Source of the DNA: Convolutriloba macropyga
Taxonomy: Eukaryota
Length of the DNA stretch: 64,000 nt
Reading direction: 5' to 3'
Assembly: GCF_964194025.1 (NCBI RefSeq)
Contig: NC_134480.1
Coordinates: 22,258,001-22,322,000, forward strand
The notes beneath the pieces are model-generated. The model was given only the letters and a program-made list of their open reading frames with translations, was not told the origin of the DNA and searched no databases. The translations under genes and the position numbers were made by a program. This document shows positions 63,101 through 64,000 of the stretch, piece after piece; position 1 is the stretch's first letter; each line of letters opens with the position of its first letter.

Positions 63101-64000
63101 ACGTTTTGCTTAGAGCAGTAGATCGCAGAGCTTTGCGAATCACTTTTCTTAGTTCCTCACTGTTCGTAATCCACTTTTTGAGCTCGAAACCACGAGTTTT
63201 TAGGCAACTTTGCAAATCTGAGAACAACTTCACTGTTACATCTTTGTCGCTTTCAGACCTATCAAAATCAACCATGTGAAAAGATCGTAACAGAATCTTG
63301 TCAATTCCAGGGATTTCGTCCTTTTGATCTGTTCCAGTCCGCTGCAGTGCGTAATTTACACAAGTTGGAGAGCCTTTGGCGCCAAATAAGTGTCTTTTGT
63401 ACTCATAGGTTTCAATTTTACTATTGGGGTCTGAGCGCCAAAGAAACCTCAAAAAATTGCATTCGTTTTTTGGCACGGCCACATGTATGAACATTGACTC
63501 AATGTCTGCTTTACTAGCGTACTCTTTTTCGCGAAATCGGAAATTTATTCCGAGAAGGTTTCTCAGAAGATCGGGACCAGACATGAGTTTGTTGTTCAAC
63601 GAGAGACCTTTATACTTCACTGCTGCACTACACACCCTTCTTGCATTCTCTGGTTTGTGTGGGTTGACAACAGGGTGATGTGGAGGAAAGCATTTGCAAA
63701 AATCACTCGTCTTCTTAATTTCGTCATAGTCCAGTTTCCTGATGAATCTTTTGTTCAAGTCGTTCTGAATTGTTTCCTCATAGCGCTTTTTTAATTCAGT
63801 TTGATTATTGATTCGACCTTCTAAAGATATTAGCTGTCCTGTTGCAGAGGCAAAGTTATCTGGCAACATCTGCTCATTGTCGTTCCACAGTATTCCATCT
63901 TCATATCGTTCGCCATTAAACACAGTAGTTCTTTCCAAAATATCTTCAGCTTTCTTGTCGCTTTTAGATTTTCCTTGTGTTTTACAGTTTGATGCATATG
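60191..64000 (-). mobile_element. BEL/Pao LTR retrotransposon E, partial (3' LTR plus pol; continues beyond the window)
   Basis: The 3' LTR inner edge is inferred at 60717 from AGGGCCGGCGA|TTTTGG (a mutated TG). The outer edge (~60191) is a guess because the partner LTR is outside the window. Confidence 0.8.
60687..64000 (-). pseudogene. BEL/Pao pol (RT, RNase H, integrase) of element E, frameshifted
   Basis: PHHPVVNPHKP, ADIESMF..LRFLW..HLFGAKGSP, degenerate FHMVD, LHVFSDAS, GIDYFGP, SDNGLNFVGA, PHFGGVWERL, LTPNHFLLG. Confidence 0.92.

Overview
AT-rich, intron-containing eukaryotic DNA, most likely an invertebrate animal, with three assembly gaps. The first ~13.6 kb holds one spliced host gene on the + strand. 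Its four coding exons give 439 aa with four TM helices and LHFPL/TMEM211-family motifs, preceded by an unusual ~190-aa low-complexity N-terminus. Its introns carry small MITEs. From ~17 kb to the end the window is a dense transposon field. It holds four distinct BEL/Pao LTR retrotransposons: three complete with paired LTRs and 5-bp TSDs and one running off the window, all with broken ORFs. It also holds a 5'-truncated CRE-like RLE non-LTR element inside an inverted-repeat element, a 2.1-kb foldback element with a tRNA-like Pol III head, and a ~2.9-kb tandem duplication carrying a decayed Tc1/mariner. The best candidates for something new are a regularly spaced array of four conserved 36-bp hairpin motifs in one BEL leader, the TIR-enclosed CRE-like element, the tRNA-headed foldback element, non-canonical TG...TA LTR ends, an apparent LTR-LTR conversion tract and a prion-like Q/N Gag domain. 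All alignments and counts were done by eye; no searches were run.
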